DNA of 30,319 nucleotides from a virus (IMGVR_UViG_3300006810_000242:1-30319), one strand, 5' to 3'. Positions 8,540 through 18,828 are shown, counted from the stretch's first letter. Made by a program: numbers and translations. Notes: generated by a model from the letters alone, not told the origin.

Positions 8540-8928
8540 GCTTCTTCTTGATTATAGGGCAAAATAATCAAAGTAATGTCGTTTAATTCACACCATTCTT
8601 TTTTCTTTTTATCTCTTCTTTTTGACTTTAAAAAATCCGCTTGGGTCTTGTAAAAGAAGGATGAATACTCATAGTGCTGTTGACCATGTACTTCAATTAT
8701 TGCTAATTTATTTGGTAGAAAAAAATCTGCATATAGCAGACCTGTTGTATTTGTTTTTGAGCCGGGGAGAGTGACTTCCTCATATACTGTTTCATATGGC
8801 AGCACTGAGGAAATCAACTCTCTGGCTTTTAAATGAAGTGAAGATTTATGCTTCGTTCTTCGTGATTTATATCTGTGTTTTTTGAAAGATAGAGTGTGTT
8901 CTCTACCATCAAATCCAGTTACTTTCAC
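8509..8928 (-). CDS. Vsr/DUF559-like PD-(D/E)XK endonuclease
   Basis: ADFFLP..AIIEVHGQQHY...RDKKKKEWC..NDITLIILPY pattern. Confidence 0.75.
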   Translation of the reverse strand: MKVTGFDGREHTLSFKKHRYKSRRTKHKSSLHLKARELISSVLPYETVYEEVTLPGSKTNTTGLLYADFFLPNKLAIIEVHGQQHYEYSSFFYKTQADFLKSKRRDKKKKEWCELNDITLIILPYNQEEAWKTSIKELL

Positions 8929-9947
8929 TCTAGAAATACCTTCATTTCTTCTTCTAGTTTTTGCATAACAGATTCATTTTCATCAAGAAACTTATATAAG
9001 TTTGCTACACCCTGAAACTTATACTTTTTATCAGTATACTCGGGGTCATGCCTTTCCATGAATGGTAGAGAATACCAAGCACCTGCTTTATCTACAACAT
9101 CAAAAGATTCTGCCAGTTCAATAATTTCCTGTATTTTATCAATACCTTTATTATACCTAAAATAACTAACAGCCTGTCTACCACTAGCACCAAGCGATGA
9201 TGTTTGAATATCCCAAGTTATTTTCTGACCAATTTTTTGGCCATCAACAACCCAGTCTTCACTCATCCTTACTTGAACCAATGTATCAGCCTGATACTGT
9301 ATTTTAACACCACCATCTGCAACAAACTTTTTGCCATAACCACTAGTGTTGGTGATAAGATGTCTTATCATAAAGACCATTGTTTTAGTACGGGGTATAA
9401 CCTGCCCCATTCTACGCATAAAATCACTAAGGATTTTTGGTAGTCCCGGTCTCCTCTCACCATCAACCATAGTTTCAATATCTCTCTGCGGTATTAAACT
9501 GGATATTGAATCTACTACAACAACAGCACCTTTATTATCGGGATGTTGAATAAGTGTTTCAAGTATTGTCAATGCTTCTTCTGCACTGAGGATTTTACCC
9601 TCTGGTGCTCTGACCATTTCCATACTTTCAAGATCTAGCCCGTCAATACCTAATAAGTTATATTTCTTAATACGGCCTTCACCATCAAAATAAATAACTT
9701 TTCTACCGTCTTTTTGTGCATTTGCACAGATTTGCAAAACAGTACTGGTTTTACCTGTTTTTGGTGCCCCGGTAATAATAGACCAAGACCCTTCTTGTAT
9801 CCCACCGTTTAGGCTGTGATCTAATGCTGGCGAACAAGATAAAGTCTTTAATTCATTCTTTTCTGCTAAAATATCACTTGCCTTAATAACACACTCGCCC
9901 ATATCTTTTCTAAGTTTTTTTAATTGGGCTTCTTTTTCTTTCGACAT
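8925..9947 (-). CDS. recA: RecA/UvsX recombinase
   Basis: ALD..LNGGI, Walker A GAPKTGKTS, VVVDSISSLIP, GG..I.Y.A, KAGAWYS, KFQG. Confidence 0.92.
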   Translation of the reverse strand: MSKEKEAQLKKLRKDMGECVIKASDILAEKNELKTLSCSPALDHSLNGGIQEGSWSIITGAPKTGKTSTVLQICANAQKDGRKVIYFDGEGRIKKYNLLGIDGLDLESMEMVRAPEGKILSAEEALTILETLIQHPDNKGAVVVVDSISSLIPQRDIETMVDGERRPGLPKILSDFMRRMGQVIPRTKTMVFMIRHLITNTSGYGKKFVADGGVKIQYQADTLVQVRMSEDWVVDGQKIGQKITWDIQTSSLGASGRQAVSYFRYNKGIDKIQEIIELAESFDVVDKAGAWYSLPFMERHDPEYTDKKYKFQGVANLYKFLDENESVMQKLEEEMKVFLE

Positions 9948-9962
9948 AATTACCTCTAACGA

Positions 9963-10397
9963 TTATTCTAATTGACTCCATAGGTTTTTCTTACCTAATG
10001 GTTTACGAGTTTCCTTAATATCCTCTTTCTTGGATTCTACAAATTCCGTCGTTTTTTCCTCTTCATCAATTTGCTTTTGATATTTTTCAATAATAGGTAT
10101 CAATTTTTTATTTCTGTATGATAGCACATACTTTGCTTCTGGTGAATCTATCGCTTTGCTTATAGCGAGCATAGAATATTTTTTCATCAATCTACTTACG
10201 GCAACAACTTCACCAGTATACGAGCCTTTGTATTTTGGCATATTCCAGAAATTATCCGGCAATGCGCCTTCATTATTTTTTTCTGCTCGTTTTTGAAATA
10301 TCTTTTCACACAATCTATTCTGGTCGGTGATTTTTGCTTCTTCATCTGATTTAGATGGAAAAGCACCAAAATTGCTATCGTATTTTTTTGATGGCAT
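9963..10397 (-). CDS. Hypothetical protein
   Basis: 144-aa ORF in the co-directional gene array. Confidence 0.7.
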   Translation of the reverse strand: MPSKKYDSNFGAFPSKSDEEAKITDQNRLCEKIFQKRAEKNNEGALPDNFWNMPKYKGSYTGEVVAVSRLMKKYSMLAISKAIDSPEAKYVLSYRNKKLIPIIEKYQKQIDEEEKTTEFVESKKEDIKETRKPLGKKNLWSQLE

Positions 10398-10722
10398 TGT
10401 TGTAATACTTACTTTTCAAACCTGCACTTCGTGTTTCATCACCTTGTTGTGACGCAGCTTGTGTCATAGCAACTGCACCACGGTCTTTATTTTTCATCAT
10501 AAAATCATCTGTTCTTGGTCTTTGCCCAGCCGCCTCCTCTTCTTCTACTTTTTTCTGCTCTCTAATTACCTTCTTTTGATATCTATCAATAACCGCCTCT
10601 GGTATACCAAGTTCAATTGCTAAACTTTTTGCATCTGTTTCTAAATGATGATCAATATAGAACTTCTGTAATTTAGTCATTCTATATCTACTATTATCAG
10701 ATGCTGCTTTTTTCTTAGCCAT
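10375..10722 (-). CDS. Hypothetical protein with HTH-like segment
   Basis: AGGAG RBS before ATG 10722; AKSLAIELGIPEAVIDRY resembles an HTH. Confidence 0.65.
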   Translation of the reverse strand: MAKKKAASDNSRYRMTKLQKFYIDHHLETDAKSLAIELGIPEAVIDRYQKKVIREQKKVEEEEAAGQRPRTDDFMMKNKDRGAVAMTQAASQQGDETRSAGLKSKYYNNAIKKIR

Positions 10723-11029
10723 ATTGATGTCTCCTAGCAATCGTTAGATATCTTCGCTCTTTTGTTTTTAGATATTTTATGTATGCTTCAAAAGAGTCTT
10801 TTGTTACTTTCTTAAAAGTATATTCTCTAATTTTTCTTCTGGAGAAATCTTCACCCCACGGGTCTACAATAGTATTGACTTTACATAGAATATGATAACT
10901 TAATGCATCTATTTGTTCAGATGTTTTAGTGATCATTTTAGCAAAAGAGTGCTCTCCATCTATGCACTCTTTTCCTGCATCATTAAAGTAAACTTCATCG
11001 TAGGTGATTGGGCGAAAAAAATCATCCAT
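10715..11029 (-). CDS. Hypothetical protein
   Basis: Co-directional ORF overlapping both neighbours. Confidence 0.65.
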   Translation of the reverse strand: MDDFFRPITYDEVYFNDAGKECIDGEHSFAKMITKTSEQIDALSYHILCKVNTIVDPWGEDFSRRKIREYTFKKVTKDSFEAYIKYLKTKERRYLTIARRHQYG

Positions 11030-11363
11030 TATCAATAAACCTCTGCTTTTGTACTTCTGACATTTTACCGATTTGTTTTATTTCTTCCTTATGCTGTTTT
11101 AATCCTTCTTTTACTTGCTCGTTCTTTTTTGCTTCTTTTTCTTCTACCCCGTATTTACCAAGTTTTTTAGAGTTTTGTTCGGCCAATTGTCCAAGTGTTG
11201 TAGCCTCACCCCTAATAAAAGCATGAGCACCACCATAAATTACTCTTTCCAAAGTATGTTTTGCACATCTAGGACATTTTTTCTTTGGTGGGTCATTTAT
11301 ATTTTGTACGACATCTTGCCATAAGAAGCCGCACTGATTACATCCATAATCATATGTTGGCAT
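11022..11363 (-). CDS. FmdB-family zinc-ribbon protein
   Basis: MPTYDYGCNQCG...CPRC...LERVI signature. Confidence 0.82.
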   Translation of the reverse strand: MPTYDYGCNQCGFLWQDVVQNINDPPKKKCPRCAKHTLERVIYGGAHAFIRGEATTLGQLAEQNSKKLGKYGVEEKEAKKNEQVKEGLKQHKEEIKQIGKMSEVQKQRFIDNG

Positions 11364-11372
11364 TTTTTATCC

Positions 11373-11588
11373 TTATAGCGGGTGCCGATTTTTTTCTACG
11401 ATGTCGCATTCTACTATTATTATATCCTCGAACTTCATCTTCTGGTCCTTCGGAAGTCTCTTGTTCTTGGATTTTACATGGAATTTTGCCGCTGATTTTG
11501 CATTTCCTAAAGTTTTATAGCACCATGTCTTATTGTACATTTTTAAAGGCTCATCATTTGTATCTCTTAGAAAATATATTTTATTCAT
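11373..11588 (-). CDS. Hypothetical protein
   Basis: 71-aa ORF filling the gap between phoH and the zinc-ribbon gene. Confidence 0.6.
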   Translation of the reverse strand: MNKIYFLRDTNDEPLKMYNKTWCYKTLGNAKSAAKFHVKSKNKRLPKDQKMKFEDIIIVECDIVEKNRHPL

Positions 11589-12258
11589 TTTCCAGTGCCA
11601 TTAGTATAGATTTAATGATATTGTTTCTTTGTATATCAGAATGATTAAACTCACATATACCAACACCATCAATTTCTCTCAATTTATTAACACATATTTT
11701 TAATCCAGAACCATCTTTTAGATCTGTCTGTTGTACATCACCATTAATAATAACTTTACTATTTTGACCAATTCTAGTGATAAACATCTTGATTTGATCT
11801 AATGTGCAATTTTGCGCTTCATCTAATATCATATATGCATCATGAAAACTAGCGCCTCTCATTAATTCGAGAGGCTCAAATCTAATAATTTCTTGATCAA
11901 TTAATCTATTTAATCTTTCTGTTCCTAAAAAGAATCTCAGATTTTCTTCCATAGGTTTAAGATATGGTTTTACTTTATCGCCAACCTCACCTGGAACAGC
12001 ACCAAGATTTTTTCCAGCACAAACCAATGGTCTTGTTACAATTATCTGGGATGTTTTTTTATGGATCAAATGTTCTGAAGTAATACCAGCAGCAATAAAA
12101 CTTTTTCCTGTTCCAGAAGGACCAAAACAAAATGTGATGTCATTTTCAACTATTGATAAAATATAGTCTTTTTGATTTTTTGTTCTAGCCACTAAGGATT
12201 TTGGAAATTTATCGTATTGTACCTTTTGTTTTTCTACTGCCGCTTTTCTTCTTGCCAT
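11581..12258 (-). CDS. phoH: PhoH-family ATPase
   Basis: GPSGTGKS, TRP, LGAVPG, MRGASF, DEAQN, TRIG, GDVQQTD. Confidence 0.95.
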   Translation of the reverse strand: MARRKAAVEKQKVQYDKFPKSLVARTKNQKDYILSIVENDITFCFGPSGTGKSFIAAGITSEHLIHKKTSQIIVTRPLVCAGKNLGAVPGEVGDKVKPYLKPMEENLRFFLGTERLNRLIDQEIIRFEPLELMRGASFHDAYMILDEAQNCTLDQIKMFITRIGQNSKVIINGDVQQTDLKDGSGLKICVNKLREIDGVGICEFNHSDIQRNNIIKSILMALENE

Positions 12259-12284
12259 TATTTTTCTCTTTTAAAAGGAAGGTA

Positions 12285-12848
12285 TCATTTTCCGCTAGAC
12301 CCCCATCCTTTTTCTCCACGATCAGTATCGTCTAATGATGATACTTCTACTAGATCAAAATGTGGAACTTCTTGAAAGATAATCTGGGCAATCCTATCGC
12401 CCTTTGTGATGAAGTATACATTTTCCTGTCTAAAGTCACGAGACAGACTATTGGATATTGCAACTTTTACTTCACCACGATAGTCAGAATCTACAACACC
12501 AGCGTGTCTATGTAGACCTTTAACACCCATGCCAGATCTATCCCAAATTAATCCAGCATAGCCTTTCGGGATAGCAAACGAAATGCCTGTACTAATTAGT
12601 ACCGTTTCTTCTGGATATAGTACGGCATCTTCATCAGCATAAAGATCATAACCAGCATCTGTTTTATTATTCTTTGTTGGAATAATAGCAGTGTTTGTTA
12701 ATCTTTTAACTTTAATTTCATCCGGTTTGGTATCTGGTGGAATCCACACGGGTCTACATCCTTTGTTTTTCCAATAAGAAATTGCAAGATCCATAAACTT
12801 ATTTTTTAAAATCTTCCTGAATAAATTAATTAAATATACTTTTATCAT
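12285..12848 (-). CDS. dut: dUTPase (trimeric)
   Basis: AGYDL, DRSG, GVVDSDYRGE, RIAQ, RGEKGWGSSG; the true start may be internal (M19). Confidence 0.95.
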   Translation of the reverse strand: MIKVYLINLFRKILKNKFMDLAISYWKNKGCRPVWIPPDTKPDEIKVKRLTNTAIIPTKNNKTDAGYDLYADEDAVLYPEETVLISTGISFAIPKGYAGLIWDRSGMGVKGLHRHAGVVDSDYRGEVKVAISNSLSRDFRQENVYFITKGDRIAQIIFQEVPHFDLVEVSSLDDTDRGEKGWGSSGK

Positions 12849-12860
12849 AAATATTACATA

Positions 12861-15800
12861 TTATAATTTAGTAATTTCACAAGCACCGCCGGAACAAGCG
12901 CTATCGCCCTCAAAATTAGTCTTATCTTCTTGTTCAATAACATTCTTAAAATCTACATCAACATATTCTTTATTTAGTTCAGTCCATAATTTATAGTTAT
13001 AAACATCTTTCATACAATATGTTAAAGATTTAATATCCTGAAAATATTTACCAGCAAATTTTTCACATCTAGCGATCCATTCTTGTTTAGCACCGCCTTT
13101 AGGTCTAGTGCCAATTCCTAAAAGTGAGTCACAAGCTGCCCATAGATTATCTTCCCATAATTGTAGTGCGCCTTCAATTAGACCACTAACAAACATTGCG
13201 CCATCACCATAATTAGAAATTATCTTGCTTGGTAGATAAATAGCGGTAAATGGCGCTTGTGGATAATCTTTATCTCCAGTGACTGGTAAAAGAGAAATTC
13301 CACAGAACCATTTTCTGTTATTATAGATAAATTCTTCTACTTTTTCCCACTCATCAGCAGTTACATTAATTGTATTGCTAACATTATGAACCAGCCACGG
13401 CTGTGTACATAATGTCTTATTTGTCCCATTAATGACCCAATTCTGCTGTGTTGATTTTACAGACTCTAATAGATCAATTGCGCTAATTTGATTTTTAGTT
13501 TTTGATCCATCTGGAACTTCAATACAAAAGGAAATAACATCGTCTGTATCATTAGCGGACCATACCGATTCTTCACAGGCGCGTGGATTAACGGATTGGA
13601 AATACTTATATATCTCTTCCATTTTATTAGCTTGAACGCGACGAATATAACGCTTTGCGTGATGTGGGTGGATACCACTTGATGTACCAAGAATACAACT
13701 GGCTGTTCCTTCAGGTTTAACACAAGTACACCGGGCCGCTTGGTTTATACCAATTTTTGCTGCTATTTCTTTATTTATTTTTTTAACTATTTTAGCAGCT
13801 TCTTTTTGAAGTCTTGGTGATAAGCAAATTTCATGCTGTTCCATAATACCGGTCATGGAAACACCAATTAATGCCTCTCGTTCTAAGATATTTTTACTTG
13901 TGTCTTCTAAATATCCTACATCAGTAAAGCCTGCCTGTAATGTGCCAATAATCGCAGCGGCTTTTGCTGCTTCGTAAAAATCTACTTCATCTTTAACTTT
14001 TGAACAGTTAATTGTAGACAGATTACAAGCCTGCCAGCCAGATTTTCCGGTTTTTTCACATACTGGCCAAAAACCAATTTCAACACAGTTGTGAACATAT
14101 ACCCCATTTGCATCAAATGCATGAATGTCATTTATTGTGCAGTCATACACATCTTCTTGACCCAAATTCGTTACTTTATATAGAGTATCAACAAAGTGTG
14201 TGCGGTTTGGTGTTCTTTTTCTTGACTCAATAATTTCATTGATCTTATCTCGTTTATCAGTATTTTGAATTGGAATATAGGTAAGAAATTCTTCAATATT
14301 GTCACATGATAAAACCAACTCATGTGTCTCTTGACAGAAGTATTCCTTATAGCCACCATTACCATCTGGTAATTTTCTATGACCAGCAGGTACCCTATCT
14401 TGGTATATCTTGCTATACATTCCAAAAGCATTTAATATGATTTGAATATTGCGGAGATTATCTAATTGGGATGAGCAAATTCGTACAGACGACCCCTTTT
14501 TGGGATTTACTAATACTGTTCCGTCTGCGTCAAAATACCCAGCTACTAATCCCGCCAAATAATCCCAATCTCCAGTAATACCTTTGGTAGATAATTTTTT
14601 GCCACCATCAGTAAAACACTCCATATTTTTGGCAAAGTCTAATAGTTTGACAGAACCAAGTGACGCATAAACAGATTTTGAGTTTTGTTCATCAAGTGTG
14701 TGACCACTATCAAAACCAGCTTGCTTTAGAATCTTAACCGCGTCATTACGATATTTATCTTTATCTTCACCCCACCATTTTAATTCCGCATAGGTTTTAT
14801 TAACATTACCATCACCAAGAAATGATCCAAGAAGATATCCTTGGGCACAATTGGTGGAACCAAAGTCTGGAATATTCATATAATTGCGATGATTATTGAT
14901 TACAATTTCATCATCAACAGTAAGATCACCTGCCTCAACCCAACCATTAGTGGTCATAATTTGATGATTTGGTGTAACTTTTAGAATACGACCAGATTTA
15001 AATTCTAAACGTAGAATCTCTTTATGGCCAGTTTTCCAGAAACCTTTCTCAGTTGAGTTATATGTTTTTCCATCAACTACAGCTTTAAATTGTTCACCCT
15101 GTAGATTAATAGCGGTTTCAAGACCGTTTTTGGTTGATACAACTGTATCTGCTGTTACACATGGGTTTACCAGCAAGTCTTTTGAGTCTGAAAAAACAAA
15201 GCCCGGTTCACCAAATTCTTTTACAGACTTCATAATTTCAGAAAACATTTCTCTACTGGTTTCATCTCTTACAAGCAATGCAGAGTTATTAGAACGTCCT
15301 CTCTGAGGATTTTCTGCGAACCAGTTACCGGTCTTAGCCTTTGCCATTTCTTCGTCGTGAGGCGAAAATACAGCGATTGTGGCGCTTCTACGAACACCGC
15401 CAGAAATAACAGCATCTGATGAGTGCATCACAATGTCGTAGCATTGTATCGGCTTTAACTTCTTTTGGTCTTTAATAGCATTATCTAGAATTTCTTTTAT
15501 CTTAGACAGTGCCTTTTTCAAAGGTTCTGGACCCGGAGCCTTACCACCATGAGATAGTGGTGATCCAGCTTCTCTAATAAGAGAAAAATCAAAGCTGATA
15601 TTTCTACCTATGTATTGGTCGGCAACATGGATATTATCATTCCAATGCGGTTTCTTGATATTAAAATATGATCCAACAAGAACACCAACTGCCTCTGACC
15701 AACCTTCAATAGAATCTTCTATCATCCATTTTCGACTACCATCTTTTTCCTTTATAAGGTTTGGTAGTTTATCTATGTGGTGAGTTTGTACAGAAAAACC

Positions 15801-16139
15801 AGTACCGCATCCACACAGTAGAAGATACATGCATTCTTGAAAAAATCTTGGTCTATCACAAAAAGAGGAAATACAGTTATAAAGACGCATATTATGATCA
15901 AATACCGGCTTACCACCAAACTGCAATGCTCTTTGTGACCCAAGAACACGACGCTTGCGCATCATATCATATGCCCACTCAATATCCTCATGCACTGCTG
16001 GGATATCGGCATACTTTTTCAACATCATATCTTTAACACGGTCTACTGTCTCTGACCATGTCTCTCTTCTTTTCTTTTCTGGGATGTAACGAGCATATTT
16101 TGAAACAAAGGTGTAGTCTTGTAGAGCTTTAATTGACAT
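12861..16139 (-). CDS. nrdJ: Class II (adenosylcobalamin-dependent, RTPR/NrdJ-type) ribonucleotide reductase containing an intein
   Basis: RETWSETVDRV, YNC, GTGFSV, GGVRRSA, SNNS, GEPG, NP/C-VE active site (split by the intein), CNL, VKPEGT, C-terminal CSGGAC; no nrdB in the window. Confidence 0.9.
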   Translation of the reverse strand: MSIKALQDYTFVSKYARYIPEKKRRETWSETVDRVKDMMLKKYADIPAVHEDIEWAYDMMRKRRVLGSQRALQFGGKPVFDHNMRLYNCISSFCDRPRFFQECMYLLLCGCGTGFSVQTHHIDKLPNLIKEKDGSRKWMIEDSIEGWSEAVGVLVGSYFNIKKPHWNDNIHVADQYIGRNISFDFSLIREAGSPLSHGGKAPGPEPLKKALSKIKEILDNAIKDQKKLKPIQCYDIVMHSSDAVISGGVRRSATIAVFSPHDEEMAKAKTGNWFAENPQRGRSNNSALLVRDETSREMFSEIMKSVKEFGEPGFVFSDSKDLLVNPCVTADTVVSTKNGLETAINLQGEQFKAVVDGKTYNSTEKGFWKTGHKEILRLEFKSGRILKVTPNHQIMTTNGWVEAGDLTVDDEIVINNHRNYMNIPDFGSTNCAQGYLLGSFLGDGNVNKTYAELKWWGEDKDKYRNDAVKILKQAGFDSGHTLDEQNSKSVYASLGSVKLLDFAKNMECFTDGGKKLSTKGITGDWDYLAGLVAGYFDADGTVLVNPKKGSSVRICSSQLDNLRNIQIILNAFGMYSKIYQDRVPAGHRKLPDGNGGYKEYFCQETHELVLSCDNIEEFLTYIPIQNTDKRDKINEIIESRKRTPNRTHFVDTLYKVTNLGQEDVYDCTINDIHAFDANGVYVHNCVEIGFWPVCEKTGKSGWQACNLSTINCSKVKDEVDFYEAAKAAAIIGTLQAGFTDVGYLEDTSKNILEREALIGVSMTGIMEQHEICLSPRLQKEAAKIVKKINKEIAAKIGINQAARCTCVKPEGTASCILGTSSGIHPHHAKRYIRRVQANKMEEIYKYFQSVNPRACEESVWSANDTDDVISFCIEVPDGSKTKNQISAIDLLESVKSTQQNWVINGTNKTLCTQPWLVHNVSNTINVTADEWEKVEEFIYNNRKWFCGISLLPVTGDKDYPQAPFTAIYLPSKIISNYGDGAMFVSGLIEGALQLWEDNLWAACDSLLGIGTRPKGGAKQEWIARCEKFAGKYFQDIKSLTYCMKDVYNYKLWTELNKEYVDVDFKNVIEQEDKTNFEGDSACSGGACEITKL
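14088..15161 (-). mobile_element. Intein (358 aa) with LAGLIDADG homing endonuclease
   Basis: Begins CVTADT after NP (C327); block B VTPNH; LAGLIDADG motifs LLGSFLGDG and LVAGYFDADG; ends VYD...GVYVHN followed by the extein Cys (CVEI). Confidence 0.93.
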
Positions 16140-16141
16140 GT

Positions 16142-16660
16142 TTATCCTAGATAAGAAAAATATTCTTCATTATTTTGAACTAGTGAAATTAAGTCTTTAA
16201 TTCCAAAGTCTATATATTGTATCTTTAAACCATTTGAAAGCAATAGTGATAGTAACTTTTCTTCATCTTCTGAGTAATTTTTTATTGTTTGTTTTTCAAA
16301 ACTATTATTTAAGTTAATACAACTTTTTGGCACATACCATTCTCTAATGTTATTTTGCCAAAGTAATTTTGAACATATTAAGCATGGCATTCTGGTGACA
16401 TATAATTTTGCTTTTTCTGGTTTAATTATCATGCTCGATACGGCATTGGCTTCCGCATGAACCATGAACTTATATTTTCCGGGCCGAGTGCTGTCAAGTC
16501 CGTTTTCAGAAATTCCAGAAGGAAAACCATTAAATCCTCTGGAGATTTCTTTCTTTTCTGAATTTACAAGAATGGCCCCGACTTTCGATTCTGCATCATG
16601 GGAGCGGAACGAGGTTAAGAAAGCCGAGGCCATAAAGTATTGATCCCAATCTGGGCGCAT
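16142..16660 (-). CDS. dCMP deaminase (ComEB-like)
   Basis: MRPDWDQYFM, VGAILV, GFNG, HAEANA, PCLIC. Confidence 0.92.
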   Translation of the reverse strand: MRPDWDQYFMASAFLTSFRSHDAESKVGAILVNSEKKEISRGFNGFPSGISENGLDSTRPGKYKFMVHAEANAVSSMIIKPEKAKLYVTRMPCLICSKLLWQNNIREWYVPKSCINLNNSFEKQTIKNYSEDEEKLLSLLLSNGLKIQYIDFGIKDLISLVQNNEEYFSYLG

Positions 16661-16661
16661 C

Positions 16662-16907
16662 CTATCTCCAGTTCATGTTTATGATTTTATACTGCTCAGT
16701 ATAATCATATCCGTCAACAACCAGTTTACGATCATTATAATCGCGAATCCACCTTTTTTCTTCCAAAGACAGGTGTTCGCCTTTTGACATTTTTCTCAAA
16801 GATTTAAAAGCAAATTTAACTATTTGATTAGCAATTGGATCTTCTAAAATCCCAAAAATCATTCCTAAAGATCCTCCAACACCTATTGATGTTAGAAGAG
16901 AAATCAT
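16662..16907 (-). CDS. Small protein with N-terminal Gly-rich hydrophobic helix
   Basis: MISLLTSIGVGGSLGMIFGIL; GGAG RBS. Confidence 0.65.
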   Translation of the reverse strand: MISLLTSIGVGGSLGMIFGILEDPIANQIVKFAFKSLRKMSKGEHLSLEEKRWIRDYNDRKLVVDGYDYTEQYKIINMNWR

Positions 16908-16910
16908 TTT

Positions 16911-18827
16911 TTACTCCACAGGCTTTGATGGTTCTGTTTTACTTGTTCCTATCGCCTGTCCTAATTTTTTCATCATACGAGCCTTTAGAAAACCTCGTAC
17001 ACCACCAGTAGCTTGACCAGCACCTATTAAAGCAAGAAGCCCGGCTATTAGTCTTTGGAAAAATGATCTATCTTCACCATCCTCATTCTGAGAATTTTGA
17101 AGTTCTTCTATTGCTGGGCCAACATTGCTAATAACACCAGAAACTATATCGTCTTTTGATGGAATTACCAAACCTTTTAGTTCGCCTTTTAGTCCGGCTA
17201 CTTCGTCCTTTAATGCGCCAACTACAACATCACGAGTAGTTTCTTCTTCTGTTGGTGGTATTACTATAGTATCTCTAACTTCTAGTGACTGTGTAATATT
17301 CTCATAGTCTTGTTTTTGTATTCTTTCAAAGATAATTTCAACAGGAGTTCCTTCTGGAACTTTTTCTAAAATTGATCTTTCTACTTTACCAGCAATTAGT
17401 GATTTAAGACCTAAACTCTGCCTCTTTACAAGAACCATGACATAAACTGGTTCGGGTTCAACACCAACAGCACTTTTAAATGATTCATAACGAATTGGTT
17501 GTGTTCTTTCATCTACTATTTCTATATTTGCTTTTCCGTCAAAAAATTCAGCATTTGCTTGTGATACCAATCTACCAATAACTTTAAGAGATATCTTAGC
17601 TATAGTCTCACGACGATAGCCCTCTAACTGCTTTTTGATCGCAATAACTATTGATACATTTTCCCAATCAATTTCTTCTACTACTGGTTCAGCAGGTTTT
17701 GGTGGATCATCATTTGGTGGAGGTGCCACATCTTGACCTGGTGGTGGTGGTGGTGGCACTGGTGATGATTCAGATCCAGTAAATGGTGGTGCAACTTCAT
17801 TAGGAGGTGCTGGTGCTACATTTGGATTATTTCTTGGTCCAGGAACAGATGGTGGTTCATCTACTATACTACCATCAGGACCATTTCCAAAAATAAGAGT
17901 ACCAATGCTCTTAACCCCCTTTATGATCCAACCAAACAAAGATAGTCTACTACCAGTAGAATATCCAGTTTGATACTGATCCGTATTTCTGATCCACACC
18001 GTTGGTAAGCCCGGAATATCTTTTCCGGTTTTTGCTCGGAATTCTGACACTAATTGACCATTTGTCCAAACTCCATTTTCATTCTTAACTTTTATTGGAT
18101 TAAGACCACGGCTACGATAGTCAGAATCTGGAACTTCTCTATCTAAAGTTTGACACGCACCACACCAGTCTGCTGTAAAAATAACAACATCTACAGTTTT
18201 GGCTGTTGTTTTTGGTGGATCTGGTGCTATGTCATTAGTTTTTATCTTTGCTTGTTTTAATGCCTCAGCTACTAGACCCCAACCACAAAAGTAGGATCTA
18301 TTGCTTGACATTGGAATATCAACAGCTTGTGTTATCCCAATAATCTCATCTTTTTCATTTAATAGCGGCCCGCCAGAATTACCCGGCTGTATGCGCATTT
18401 GTGCATAATTAACTGTTCTACCATTTCCACCAGCCATTTTGCCGTAAGTAATGGCATAATTACCACCGGGATATCCTATGCTATGAACAGTTTCACCAGT
18501 TGTTGGTGCCGTATTTGCTACTTTAAAAGATCTATATCTTGTAATATCACCATGTGGTGGTAGATAATAAACGATTGGACCATCTTCATGTTCAGTAACA
18601 TAAACCAATTTTGCTTCTAGAATCTTACCATCTTTTGCTTCAATATATACAGTTTTACCAAGTCCTTGTAGACAGTGTTTAGCGCTGAAAATATAGTTGC
18701 CATCAACCATAAATCCAGTGCATCCCGGAAGTTTTAAAACTCGATCATCTTGATTAATTGTTTTTGCTATTTGACCATTAGCTACTGAGGTTGATAGCAA
18801 AAGTAATACAGATAGTAAGAGTCTCAT
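16911..18827 (-). CDS. Exported trypsin-like serine protease - thioredoxin-like - Pro-rich - C-terminal membrane-anchor fusion
   Basis: Signal peptide MRLLLSVLLLLSTSVANG; CTGF, SAKHC, IGYP, GNSGGPL; VVIFTADWCGAC...LPT; Pro-rich linker; terminal RLIAGLLALIGAG followed by a basic tail. Confidence 0.85.
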   Translation of the reverse strand: MRLLLSVLLLLSTSVANGQIAKTINQDDRVLKLPGCTGFMVDGNYIFSAKHCLQGLGKTVYIEAKDGKILEAKLVYVTEHEDGPIVYYLPPHGDITRYRSFKVANTAPTTGETVHSIGYPGGNYAITYGKMAGGNGRTVNYAQMRIQPGNSGGPLLNEKDEIIGITQAVDIPMSSNRSYFCGWGLVAEALKQAKIKTNDIAPDPPKTTAKTVDVVIFTADWCGACQTLDREVPDSDYRSRGLNPIKVKNENGVWTNGQLVSEFRAKTGKDIPGLPTVWIRNTDQYQTGYSTGSRLSLFGWIIKGVKSIGTLIFGNGPDGSIVDEPPSVPGPRNNPNVAPAPPNEVAPPFTGSESSPVPPPPPPGQDVAPPPNDDPPKPAEPVVEEIDWENVSIVIAIKKQLEGYRRETIAKISLKVIGRLVSQANAEFFDGKANIEIVDERTQPIRYESFKSAVGVEPEPVYVMVLVKRQSLGLKSLIAGKVERSILEKVPEGTPVEIIFERIQKQDYENITQSLEVRDTIVIPPTEEETTRDVVVGALKDEVAGLKGELKGLVIPSKDDIVSGVISNVGPAIEELQNSQNEDGEDRSFFQRLIAGLLALIGAGQATGGVRGFLKARMMKKLGQAIGTSKTEPSKPVE

Positions 18828-18828
18828 T

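Noticed and set aside
17690-17880. (ggt)n low-complexity repeats
   Set aside because: These are simply CCA codons of the Pro-rich linker, not a DNA repeat element or CRISPR.
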